Shown piece after piece: positions 12,386 to 24,479 of a stretch of 64,000 nucleotides of DNA (its first letter is position 1; the number at the start of each line of letters is the position of its first letter). Position numbers and translations under genes: made by a program. The notes beneath the pieces are model-generated. The model was not told the DNA's origin. It did no database searches and saw only the letters and a program-made list of their open reading frames with translations. The DNA lies in assembly GCF_009834535.1 (NCBI RefSeq), contig NC_045699.1, forward strand, positions 69,874,001 through 69,938,000, in the 5' to 3' direction. Origin of the DNA: Camelus ferus (taxonomy: Eukaryota).

Positions 12386-15300
12386 TCAGCAGATAAACAC
12401 TCTGATAGAGGGGATTCACACGGGATCAAGAAGCCTGGAGGAACCTTTGCAGTCTTCCTGGAGGGTCCTGAAAGGCTCCCAGGAAAATGGTGGGGCAGGA
12501 TTCTGAGATGAGAAGGGGGTAATTATCAATGAAGGTTGGAAGAGCTGTCATGGGAGAGGAGGGGATGATTTATACAAAGTGTCCCGCCTGTTAGAGAATC
12601 TGCTAATGACATTCATTCATCACCAGTGCCCTGAGGGCTGGCGGCCAGGTGGGATTTCAGCAGACCTGACCCCAGACCCAACGTTGAGAGCATGAGGGGG
12701 GCACAGCTGGGTCCACAGATGAGACAGCCAAGGTGAGGTCCCAGGGGACAACTGACCTGCTCATGGCCATATGGCAAACGCAGGACCTGGAGCCCGGCTG
12801 TGCCTTGGGCAGGTCCTTTCCACCCACCACGTGGGTTTTGACTGGAAGCAACAAGCCTTCCAGGGCTGAGCCTGGGATAAAGCTGATTTTGTTGTCTTTG
12901 AGAGAAAGCTCATTAATTCCGTCTAGAATTCACAGGCGGGCCCCTTTGCCCCCCCTGCATATTGGTGGGCCCCTACGGTGTGGCTCTTTCCTGTCCCCTG
13001 TCCAGGTCTCATAAAACCTACTAGCATGTGGCCTTACTGATTTTCAGTCGTTTTACCTCCACGTAGTGAGTCTCTCCAGGCCCCTATGAACCACTCTTTG
13101 CGTGGAGCATCCAGGGCACATGCTGGGTGATTCGGACAGAATTATTAACAAGGCTGTATTTACTCCTCCAGCGGGGCCAGCTGGGAAACCCAGCCGTGCA
13201 GCAGGGCAGGGAGAGCCTCTGGCCACTCGGGCAGTAAAGGGTCTAGTGGATGCAGGGCCTCCCCTACCCCCAGCCAGCCCCGGGGCCTACCAGGCTAAGG
13301 GCCAAACCTCCCCCTTGGAGACAAGTTGGCCCTTGGTGCATCCCCAAGCCACCAGTCCGTTCAGAAGGAGCCAAAAGCTATGCCTCCCCTTCTCTCGGAT
13401 TTGTCATTTTCAGTTTCTCCCCAGGCCCCAGGGCCCTGCAGTCAGTCTGGTGTTGGCACATGTCCTTCATGTGAAGCCTGACAGAGACCCACAAGGAGCA
13501 GGAGATGCTGGGCTGGACGGGGAGGCAAGAGAGGCCAACTTCCACTGGCCCTCAGGTCATTTCTGCCCTTCCCGCCCCGACCCGGGAGCCAGCCGCGGTG
13601 ACTTGGGCTGGGGGCTCCCGGAGTGGGGGCAGGGTCCTGGCAGGGAGGAAGGATGCTCCCCGCCCCAGCCCCCAGCCCATATTTCATCTGTTGCGGGGGT
13701 GCAGTACTGACTCTGGAAGCACTTCAGTCAGAAGGAGCAGAGGCAATTCTTTTATAAATGAAGCCACAGAGCAATGGGGCCTGAGGAGTCCAGGAAAGAC
13801 CCTTCCAGAACTCCATCTCCAAATGCTCAGCCCTGGGCAACCCCCGCTGCCACCTACCAGAGGAGCTCTTCCTATGTCCTCATTTACGACATTCCACCTC
13901 TCTGTTCCCGGGATCCACACGAAGACTCCTTGTGAACCCCCACAGTGGGTTGGGCTTTGAAGGGCAGGCAGGGACCACACACTGGGCATGGAGTCCAGGG
14001 TCAGGCATCCTTGGCCAGCGGTCAGTGAGGGCGTGTGGAATTCCCTGCGCCAAGGGGAGTGGGTGCGTTGTCTGCACATCAGTATTTTAGTGATGCCTCA
14101 GAGGCCCTTGAGAATGAGGGCTTTAAAGATGCCCAACTGATGCTCCGCTGTTTGCTGGACCCCAGGGGATGCTGTCAGGCTCCCTCTGCAAAACTGCAGA
14201 AGCTGAGCAGGTGCAGCCCAACAAACTCCCAAGAGCTGTTTGGAGGAAGAGGCTTTTTGGGGGTAGGGGTGCTCACTGATCCGTATGGCAGTAAGTAGCC
14301 CCAAATCCTGTGGCCTCCCCCCGCCTCCTACCAGCACTGAAGAGCCCTGAAACCAAGCAGAGTAACAGGAAGTTGGGTCTCAGCAGAGCACACATCTCTT
14401 TGTACTCAGATTTCAGGATGTTTTTGCACCACATTGTCAGCTCATAGGCTGGGGATCAGTCAAGCCTGACTTGAACATCTGTGACTGGTCAGCAGCAGTG
14501 TGACCCCGGCCCAGCTCCTCAACCTCTCTGGGCCTGGCTGCCTAAGTCACAGGATTGTGCCAAGGCTCAGCCAGCTGGCACTTGGGAAGCCCTTGGCCCA
14601 CTGCGTGACGCACAGCAAGGGCGAGGTGGGCGGTCCCCGCCGCGGTCACTGTGGGGCTTGCTCTTTACCAAGTTCGAGTCTGAAAGCTAGGGAAACCGAA
14701 GGGCTCCAGGAGAAGGCCGGGCGTCCCACTTGCGTGCTGCTCGGCTCCGATGCCTCAGGACTGAACCCCGCCCTAGAGCTGTTACAGCACAGTGTTCCAG
14801 CCGGAAGGGACCCTGAAGCCCCTCAGTGTACAGATGGGGAAACTAAGGTCCAGAGGGTAAGAGTGATTGTCCAGGTCTGCACTGGAAGGAGGTTAGTGGG
14901 CCTGGAGCCCAGGACAGTGGCCTGGACGTTACTGAATTCAGGGCACAGCAGACCTCTAGGAGACAGCTGGACTTCACGTCACGGCCAAAGAGGAGTCAAG
15001 GGGCTGAAGAGCCACCATCCACATTCATCAGTGCTGTTGGAGCTTCTGCTCTGGGTCAGGCCCTAGCCAAGCAGCAGCAACAAAACACCTGCAGTCCTGC
15101 CCTCAGGTTGGCCCAGAGATAACTGACGTATGGGGGTCGGGACACAGGGAGCTGGCCAGGCCCAGCGGCCGGCAGGGGCTCTCCTAGGAAGCATCCTTTG
15201 CCTCTGACCAGAGGAGCCCCTGTGCTGGCTCTAACTCTGGCACTCCCTGGGATGAGGAGGGCCTGGGCCTGACTCAGAAACCAACAGGCATCTCTGGCGA

Positions 15301-16486
15301 GCTGGGGGCAGGCCGGGCGGCGGGCAGCAGCTCCCTGGCACGAGGTGGTCATGGCTCCAGGGCGCGCCGCACCAGGAAGGCTGCTCCTGCTCTGAGCGTG
15401 TCTGAGCTTGACCCTGCGAGAACCCATGGCTCCAGGAGGCACTCTCATGCCTGGGAGAAGCCGCGGGCCCCAGCGCCCTCCCCTCAGAGACAAGCAAGCC
15501 TCAGTCCTCCTTTCTCCCATTTGCAAGGTGGGCACGTTGGACCTGGTGGGCTTCAAATAGTAGCTCCTAGCTTTGAGGATTCTCGAATTCTGTGGTCGAT
15601 GGTATTCGGGGTGTCTGTCCAGCTCCCCTTTCCTAAGGGTGGGCCTCTGAAGCTGTAACTGGCTGGCCAGGGCTGATTGGACCAGGCCCACACCTGACTC
15701 ACACGTGGACCAATCAGATCCTCTCTCCCAGCACTGGGCTTTGTGAATCACCAGGCAGTCTGGTGGGCAGGTGCTGGGGCAGGAGGCGCAGAGAATGCTG
15801 CCTGCAGAGGTGGAAACTGCCCCGGATAAGAAGGGTCGTGAGCATCACCTACTGGATATCCATCCCCCCAACATTTGTTCCCCATTCTGGAAAAAACATC
15901 CAATTTACTTTGGAGGGAGACCCCCCTCCGCCACTGAGGCAGCCTTGTGGGAGCTGTCCCACCGGCTTCCCTGCCCACCACCCCCATCCAGTGTTGTCCC
16001 CAGACCGCAGTGTGGCCCTTCAGACAGTCTCTCCAAGGACTGAATTTGGGGCAAAGGGTGCAGAGGGGGAGGAAGAGGCCAGAGCCCATCTCAGCCTAAA
16101 GACACTGTTTTCTTGTCTCTGCTGGTGGACCCCACAGCCCGGAGATTCCTGGGTCCTGCCCCACCTCAGCCCGTTCTCTGGCTTTTCCCTCAGTTCCCCA
16201 AGCACTTCTGTGCATACAGCCATTGCCAGTTCTGCTGCCACTGGCTGGCTGTGGTCTCTGTTGCGGGCAACCCAGGAACCAGGATGTCAGAGGAACTGGC
16301 GCTCTCTCAGGGCTGCCCTGGCTCCTCCTGACCCTCTCATATATCCCCCTTTTGCTTCATCTGAGTCAGGGCAGGCCTGGATCTCCTAACCCTCCCTCAG
16401 ACCCAGAGAACTAACCCTTAGTGGGGTTGTCAAGGACAGGCGAGCACCAGTGAACTGCCTGCTTCCCTTGGCCTCTGAGTGGGGCA

Positions 16487-16523
<37 letters not shown>
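16487..16523. repeat. (TG)n microsatellite, one CG interruption
   Basis: Directly visible. Confidence 0.97.
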
Positions 16524-16525
<2 letters not shown>

Positions 16526-17109
16526 ATTGCCCACGTATGAGAAGAGCCTCTCTCGAGACCCTCACTGAAGTCTTCTCTGGGAAAGGGGCAGATCAGAGAA
16601 GGAGCATCTCCTCAGGCTCACTGGGCAGAAAGACTTTGAGGACCAGAAAGAACACTGCCTGTTCGTGGTGGTCGGGCACGATGGTCATGGACTCGGAGCA
16701 AAGAGACCCCTTCTCACTGCCCGGGTGCCCAAGATGACAGAGGAGGGAGGCCTTTGTCCCCAGGCCAGATGGGCTTTGCACCTGCTTCTCATCCACAGAC
16801 CCACTCGCTCAGCTACTTCATGAGATACCCTCGCCTTCCTTGACCAGAGAGGCCCCACTTTCAAGGCCCAGAAACAGCCCTGCGAGGCAGCAGGCTCCCC
16901 AAGGGGTACCGTGAGCCCGACTTACAAATGAGGAGACCGAGGCTCAGAGAGGCCTCATGCCTGATCCTAAGCCCCACAGGCAAGACCAGCACTCACATTC
17001 TTGGTTAGGGACCTTTCCACAGATAGCATCCTGAAATGATGTCTCTGCCTTTGTCAGTAACAATCATTATAATATTATTAAAACAAATGTATTATTATTC
17101 ATCAGTAAT

Positions 17110-17307
17110 AACAGCACAAGCTTTACTGAGTAGTGCTAAGTATTTCCATACATCACTAAATTCTCATAACGATTCAGTCGGGAGGTGGTATTTTTATTAT
17201 ACCCACTTTCCAGATGTGGAAACTGAAGCTTAAGGAGTTTCAGTAACTTACCTAAAGCTGCACAACCAGAAGTGTAGTCTGGTTCCAGGGCCCGTGCTAA
17301 CCACTGC
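17110..17307 (-). mobile_element. MIR SINE (near full length); representative of dozens of MIR fragments in the window
   Basis: cccactttccagatgtggaaactgaagcttaaggagtttcagtaacttacctaaagctgcac is the reverse complement of the MIR core. Confidence 0.8.
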
Positions 17308-18329
17308 TCCACCCTTCCCTCAACAGGGAGGAAGCGATCGGCCACTTCCACGAGCCCATAAAACACAGGGCTGCTGCCCAGAGGGCCCAGTGGATGTGAC
17401 GGTGGTGGGACTCCTGACATGAGTGAAGGAAAAGCCCCTGGTCCTCTCCAATTGCCATTTGTCCTGACTGGGTAGTAATTCACTCGGGGTGAATGATGCA
17501 GCCTGCTGCCTGGCAGGCAAGAAGGATGGGAAAGACTGGAGAATTCTTCCTAAGGGAACACTGAGATACATGGAGCTGCCTCTTCCACCCTGGTGACCAT
17601 GACCCACGGCACAGTGGTCCACGCCACTCTCTCCAGCTGAGCCCCTGCCTGCCTCGATTCCTCCTGCTGGCATCGGCAGCCCACTAAAGCATGTTATGAG
17701 GACAGGGCGAATCAGCTTGGCTGAACCCAGCGTGTGGTTATCCAGCTCCCACTGCGGGCCAGGCACCTGCAGGAGGTCTGAGATGGTGAAGGGGCTGGCC
17801 GCTGGATGGGTCCTCTCCAGCAGTGCCCACTCTAGGACGTATGCTTGTCAAAGGCTTCACCTCGATGCATTTCACCTCCTCATTACTCTACCTCACTTCT
17901 CCCCTGCAAGTCAGAACTCACAGAACAATGGGGTCCTTATGGTTATTTATGCCATAGGACAACGGTTCTTCAAATGCTAGCTGGAGTTAGTTAAGGAAAA
18001 AATAAGCGTGGAAATACTTAAAGCAAATTTCTTTCCTGCAGGACTTCTCAGAGCCTTTAGTAGGCTAATTTGCCCTGACTCTTAGATGTGATATTCGCCC
18101 CCTACCCAAAGCATTTGACCAGACCCTTTTCTGTACAGGACATACATACCACTGAGACTGGTTTTTCTTTAGGAGATCCTGGATTCAACACTTTTGACAG
18201 TGTTTTTGTAATTTGGAGGAAAAAAATGATTCAATTTAAAAAAAAATGAACACAGATTTTTTTAATCACTCAGTTGGGGTCATCCTAAAAGTTTTAGAAA
18301 TCTTTTTTGTGCTCCTTAACAGATCTATC

Positions 18330-18870
18330 TCTTAACAGCTCTATCTCATGTGAGTAGATTTCCATCCATGCTGTCATTTAATATTGTTGTCCAAGATCCC
18401 ACCGTATTGGGTAGACAAATCCCTTATTTCTGGATGTATAAGTTGTTTCCATTTTTGTTGTTATTGTTACAAACGCTGCCACAGTAACATCTTTGAAGAT
18501 GAACACTTGTATAGAGCTCTCATTGTTGGCTTAGGATAATTTCCTAGAAGTGGGATGGCTGAGTTGGGGAACACGGATATTTCCTGCCAAAATGCTCTTC
18601 AGAAAGTTTGCACCAACTCACACCCTGCCTGGCGGTGTCCGGATGCCTGTTTTCTCCCTCCTTTGCCAACACTGGGTTAGAGTCATTGACTTTTTTGTTC
18701 CCCTCAATTTGTTTTTTGCTTCTTTGGTGAGTTATAAGGGACAGCGTCTGTGCTGACTAGAGGCTGTCATTTGCTCGGGTATCACCCCTTTGAGTCCTTC
18801 CCCCAATTTCTAGTAAGTATTCATATTTTTCTTACTAGCTTAAAAAGTTCTTAGGGGGATTAAAGATATT
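18330..18870 (-). mobile_element. Old L1 (L1ME-like) fragment
   Basis: ggataatttcctagaagtgggatggctgagt...cagaaagtttgcaccaactcacaccc...ctttgccaacactgggt: antisense L1M ORF2/3' region. Confidence 0.7.
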
Positions 18871-19331
18871 AACTCTCTGTCATGTGTTTGTACAGAGCAT
18901 TTCTGATCCTTATAAACCCTTCCCCCATGAGAAGATCAAATTTACCTTTGAGATGGGAAGTGGTCTGTCAAAGACCACACAGCGTGTGAGGGACAGGACC
19001 AAGCCTAGACCTGGGCCTCAGGGCGCATGCTGCATGCTGGGGGTCCAGTGGGACCCCTTTTCCTCCCTTCCTCCACTGGCCAAATGCCAACACCCCCCCT
19101 CCTCCAGTATCGGACTGTATCCAGGCAGCCCCCATTTGCATCCCCCTGACCTGCAGGAATGGAGAGGACTTCCTGGGGATACACCTCCTTAAGTCACACA
19201 AAGTGCAGCAAAGCCCAGGACCGGGTGCCAGTGGGTAGATGCTCACCAGGGGGACCCGCGCTCACCTGTGGGACCCCGGGAAGGCTCCACGCAGGTGGTA
19301 TTTAAGTGGAGTCTGGAAGAGATATCCAAGA

Positions 19332-19643
19332 CAGCACCATCCCATAGAAATATAATGTTGCCACATGTGGAATTTTAAATTTTCCAGTGGGCTCATTTTA
19401 AAACCTTAGGTGGAATTAATTTTAATAACATTTTTCACCTGTTATATCTGAAATAGTATCAGTTTAATACGTAACCAAATTTTTTAAATACACGAATGAG
19501 AGTTTCTTCATTCTTTGTGTTTTGTATGAATCTTCGGAACCCAGAGCGCTTCCTGCACGGAGCACATCTCCACCGGGACTGGCCGCACCTCAAGCGCTCG
19601 GCGGCTGCGTGTGTGGGAGGGGTGTCCGTGCTGGACATCGCAG
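19332..19643 (+). mobile_element. MER33 hAT-Charlie MITE, apparently full length
   Basis: Starts cagcaccatcccatagaaatataatg and ends gtgctggacatcgcag. The AT-rich body (ttttaaattttccagt...aattaattttaataa) follows the recalled MER33 consensus. Confidence 0.8.
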
Positions 19644-20719
19644 GGCCAGGCAGTCAACGCAGTTATGGGAGGGGGAGGGAGGGCAGCCCCAGGTGGGTAA
19701 CAGCTTGTTAGCGGGACCAAGAGATGAGGCAGCAGACAGTGGCTTTGAGAGAGGGCAGTGGTGGGATGATCCCTGTTGTGAGGAAGGGTGCGGAGGATGG
19801 AGAAAAGCGTTAAGCTCTGAGGGCTATTTAGGGAGTAGGAAATCCAATGGACTGGGTGGGGCTGATGGATCGAGAGGGTGGGGTTCCTGGGGAGAAGGAA
19901 GAGTCTAAGATATTCCAGATTTCTGGTGGGAGCCACTGAGTATGGGAGGGACCATTTGCCAAGGGGAGAAGATTCTTTTGAGGGGAGGAAGGGGTAAGTT
20001 GTGTTTCTGTCTTGATGAGTTTGGGTGCCTCTGGGACACTCAAGTGGACCCAGCCCCTAAGGCACTGAATACATAGACTAAGACTTAGAGGAGATCAGGG
20101 TGGAGCTGCTGATTCCGCAGGGGAGGCCTCTGACACCCCGGATGCAGTGACCTAGGGGGCTCTTTAATCCAGACTCTGCCCACCATGTGCGTGTCACGCC
20201 TCGCTCCCCCGCGAGCTTTCTGGAAGAACTACTGAGCAAGCTTCTGGTGTCAGTCTCCCAGGCAAGCTTATAACATGAGAGCTGGGACTCTGCTGAAAGG
20301 CAAGGGGGAGGACTAGAGGCTGGGGAGGCTGGATTAAATGCAGATTCCCAGGCAGTGCCGCCACCTCTTTCAGAGTCACCACCATGTCTGGAGGGAGGCC
20401 TGGCCATGAGGGTCTCCACGAGGTCTGGTGGCTGACTCAGGAAGGCGTCTCCCTCAGGCTACCCGCAGATGAGCAAAATGATTTGATTATCTTTCTTATT
20501 GATTTGCTCCAAAGCAATGTGTTTAGTTGTAGAAAACAGTGTATACAGAACAGAGGAGAGAGATTCTGAAATTAGATGGTGGGGATGGTTGCCCAACCTA
20601 GGGAATATACTAAAACTCTGAATTGTATACTTTAAAATGGTGAATTCATGTCATGTGGATTACATCCCAATTTTTTTAAATGCAAGCAAAAATACAGATG
20701 AGAGAAGAAAACTAAATGA

Positions 20720-20845
20720 TGTATAACAGCCTATAATGAAAAAGACTGTGAAAAGAAACATATGTATAACTGAATCACTATGCTGTACACCAGAAACTAA
20801 CACAACATTGTAAATCAACTATACTTCAATTTAAAAAAATAAATG
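20720..20845 (+). mobile_element. Cetartiodactyla-type L1 3' end
   Basis: gtataactgaatcactatgctgtacaccagaaactaacacaacattgtaaatcaactatacttcaatttaaaaaaat; an older L1 3' end lies at about 20570-20680. Confidence 0.85.
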
Positions 20846-21599
20846 AAAGACAAAAAGAGCGATACAAACAAAAAAAGAATAAGGAAAGAAAATGCTTATA
20901 ATCCCACCTATACAGGCACCAATTGCCATAACACCTTGAAGGTGTACCTTTTGGACTACTGTCTACACAGGTAGGTAGCTAACTCGATTATTCTAAGTGC
21001 ACTGGTTTATGACCTGCTCCTTGCCACGCCTCCAACCAGGGCTCCACTTGGTCCCTTTCTCTCCCTCATCCCCCAGCCCCCATCTACTCAGTTGCCACTC
21101 AAATTCCCTGGCTCCTTCCCGGCCTCTGAGCCTTGACTCTGTCCCCTCCAGTCTGCAGCAGCCAGAAGGAGTCTCTGAAAGTGGGAATCCGGTTGTGAAA
21201 CCCTGGCTTAAAGCCTGGCCACACATTTTCCTTCACATTAAAAACACCGAACTCCTGTGGCAGAAAGAACCAGAACCACCAGGAGAACAACCAGGGCGTC
21301 AGAGAGTGGATCTGAGTGCTTAGTCTGGCGTGGCTCCGGGTAAGGCATTTAGATGTGGGCAGGGGACCCTCTGGGCTGAAATCTAGGTCAGGAAAGAGGG
21401 TAAGGCTGTCCCCATAAAATGGGGGCCCAGAACACTCTGCCCATCCTTGCCCGACCAGCTCCTGTGTCTCTCCCTCTTCCTAGAATGCATTCTTCCCTCC
21501 TTCCAGGGACTTCCAGGGCACCCCACCCTCTTTGCGCTCTTCCTACTTCGCCACCGGCACCTGCTCTGTCTCCCTGACCTGTGTCCCTGGGGCTCAGTT

Positions 21600-22850
21600 C
21601 TCATCTACACTCACTCCCTTAGTGACCTTAAGCTGTCACAGTGTTTTAAATTCCATCTCTAGTAGAATGACTCCCAGCTGATCCCTGCAGCCTGGCCCTG
21701 TCTGTGAACTCCAGGGGCTGGCATCACCTGCTTCCTCGCATTGCCACTTGGACGGCTCATAAGCATCCTACACTTTAGTCGTCCAGAACCAGACTCCTGC
21801 TCTTCCCGCCTCCAAACCTGCCCACTCCCCACTGTAGCAAATGGAAACCATTCTTGCAGTGGCTCAGGTCAAAATCCTTGGCCTTGGCCTTCACTCCTTT
21901 CTCTCTTTGTCTCACAGCCCCACCCAGTTCATTCTGCTACCCTGTCACGGCTATCTTCAAAATATAACCTGAGTCTAACTGGTTCTCTCTCCACGGACTC
22001 CCTGCTGCTCAGGACCCGCCACCCCAGCTGATGCACTGACCTGCCAGAGGTCCCTGTTTCCATCATGCCTGCCTGGAGTCAGTGCACACATCCTGCGAAA
22101 TACCAACACATCTCGGAGTCTGATCTCATCTCCCGCACACAGGCCGGCAGGGCTCCACTGCGGGGCCTGGCCAGGTCGTCCGCCGTTCAGGCCCTTGTCC
22201 AAATAGTGCCTCCTGCGTGAGGCTTCCCTGCCATTAAACACCTCACACCTCCCACCCCAGCACTTCCCACCCACTTCCCTGCCTTATTGTTATGTTTTCA
22301 CTTCTGACATGATATATTTTACTCATGAATTTCGTTTATTTAAAAAAATTTTTAATTAAAAAAAATTGAAGTATAGTTGATTTACAATGTTGTGTTGGCT
22401 TCAGGTGTACAGAAAAGTGATTTAGTTACACACATATGTGTTCTTTTTCAGATTCTTTTCCATTATAGATTATTATAAGATATTGAATATAGTTTCCTGT
22501 GCTATACGATAGGTCCTTGCTGTTTATTTTATATATGGTAGCGTGTATCTGTTAATCCCAAACTCCTAATTTATCCTTCCCCCCACCCTTTCTTCCCTGG
22601 TAACCATAAGTTTGTTTTCTCTGTGAGTCTGTTTCTATTTTGTAAATAAGTTCATTTGTATCATTTTTTTTTAGATTCCACATATAAGTGATATCATGGG
22701 ATATTTGTCTTTCTCTGACTTTTTAGTATGATCACCTCTGGGTCCATTGTTTATTGTTTATCCCTCTCTTCTTACGAACTGTAAGCTCCACCACAGCCCG
22801 GCACATAGTAGGTACTCAGCAAATTGCTGAATGACAGTGAATCTGTGAAG
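21600..22850 (+). mobile_element. L2 3' portion, interrupted by a younger L1 insertion
   Basis: L2-like sequence at 21600-22333 resumes at 22749 and ends with the L2 tail gcacatagtaggtactcagcaaattgctgaatga. Confidence 0.7.
22341..22748 (-). mobile_element. Cetartiodactyla-type L1 3' fragment inserted in L2
   Basis: aaaattgaagtatagttgatttacaatgttgtg...ttagattccacatataagtgatatcat...gggtccat; candidate target-site duplication GTTTATT at 22334-22340 and 22749-22755. Confidence 0.88.
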
Positions 22851-24479
22851 CCCCCACGAACCTCCCTGCCCCCCACCCCGCAGTTTCTGTGCACGTTCCC
22901 CCAGCGCCCTCTCTGTTCCTTTCATGGCATTTGTCATCAGTGTAATCTGGGGACCCCTGTGGGGCAGGCAGAGGAGGGGGGAGGTCCCTGCATTCCCTAA
23001 GGAAATGGACCATGTTGGTCATGGCAGTGTCCCCAGTGCCCAGCACAGTGCCTGGCACGTGGGCTGTGGGCAAGGAATAGGCCCAGGAGAAGCACCTGGA
23101 TTTCTGCAGGGCTACCCCTATCACTGTCATCCTGACCAGGTCTTGGTCCCCATGCTGGCTCCCCTGCTCCCAGGCACGACACTCAGGCTGGTCAGACCAG
23201 CTCCGTGGCCCTCCCCATGGGTCCCTCCCGGGTGTCCATTCGGAGTCAGTTCTCACCGTTGGGGCATCCTGTTTCCAAGTCTAAACCAGGTCCCTCCAAC
23301 TGTGAGCCCAGTCCCAGCTCTTGGGGTTTGTGACCTCCCCACTTCCTTTACAGAATGGGCTTCAGCAGGCCAGCAAGTGTACCCCACCTGAAGGCTTCCC
23401 GGGGCCTGGGGCTTGACCCAGGCAAGGCCTTCAGGAGAGACGCTGGACTGGGGCATATGTGGAGGTTGGAGGAAGCACTGAGGGGCTGAGAAGCAGGGTT
23501 TCTTGGTCTCCCCAGTTCCTCTGTGCTTGCTGGATGCCCTGAGGTCTGAATACTGGGCCAAAGTGGGGACAAAGAGACACTGCCCACCATGCCCACCACC
23601 TCATCCCTGCGGTCCCTGAGGGAGGGCTGCCCCTTCCTGCCATACCCTGTCCACCCCCAGGCCGCCAGCACCGGTGTCACCCCTCCCTCATTCGGAGGTT
23701 TGCTAAGTGGCCACTGCAAGTCAGGTGCCTTCTAGGGGTTGGAGATACAACTACAAATAAGTCAAGAATTCCTGCCCTTGGGGGCTCATGCTCTAGTGGA
23801 GGAGATAGCAAAACAGAACCAATAAAACGGACATGAAGTGTGGAGTCTGTGATGGATGCTGGGAACGGACAGGAGTGGTCCCAACATGCTGACACTGTAG
23901 ACAGGGTGGCCGGGGAAGGTCATGTAGACCCTTACCCCACTATACCCTGCCCCCCGTCCCTTGCCTCTGAGCATTCAGGTAGAGCCGACACCACTAGTCT
24001 GGGCCACAAAGCCCCTCCACACTTAGGCAGGGAAGCAGAGAAGGCAGATCTGACCCTGTTACCTCCCTGCTTAAATCGCAGAGGCCCAGCTCCTCCGGGA
24101 GATGGCAGGCCTGCCCCCACTGGCTCTCCCCATTCTTTCGGGCCTCACACCGTCCCGCTGCCTGCAAGGACAGGGGCTCTCTCTGGGGTTCAGGCCTCCT
24201 TCCTTCCTCCAGGTTGTCTGGGCCTTGACCACGTTCCCAGCCAGCCTCCCTCCCTCCCCCTGGGCTTGGAGGTCACCTTCTGCAGGCCGCGGTAGGTGCC
24301 CCCCACCACAACACGTGACATCCTGCAGGGCCCTGTCCTTGCCTCTCCCGACCCCTCCCCGTGAGGGTTGGGACCGCGCCTGTTCTGATTCCTGGCATCC
24401 CGGCGCCCACAAATCCACAAATCGGTGTCGAATGAATGAATTTCGCAGGGCAGAAACTCGGCCTCATTCACTTCAGATC

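Noticed and set aside
14035-14298. Protein-like 87-aa ORF (SDASEALENEGFKDAQLMLRCLL) as a pseudogene
   Set aside because: No recognisable parent protein, polyA tail or TSD.
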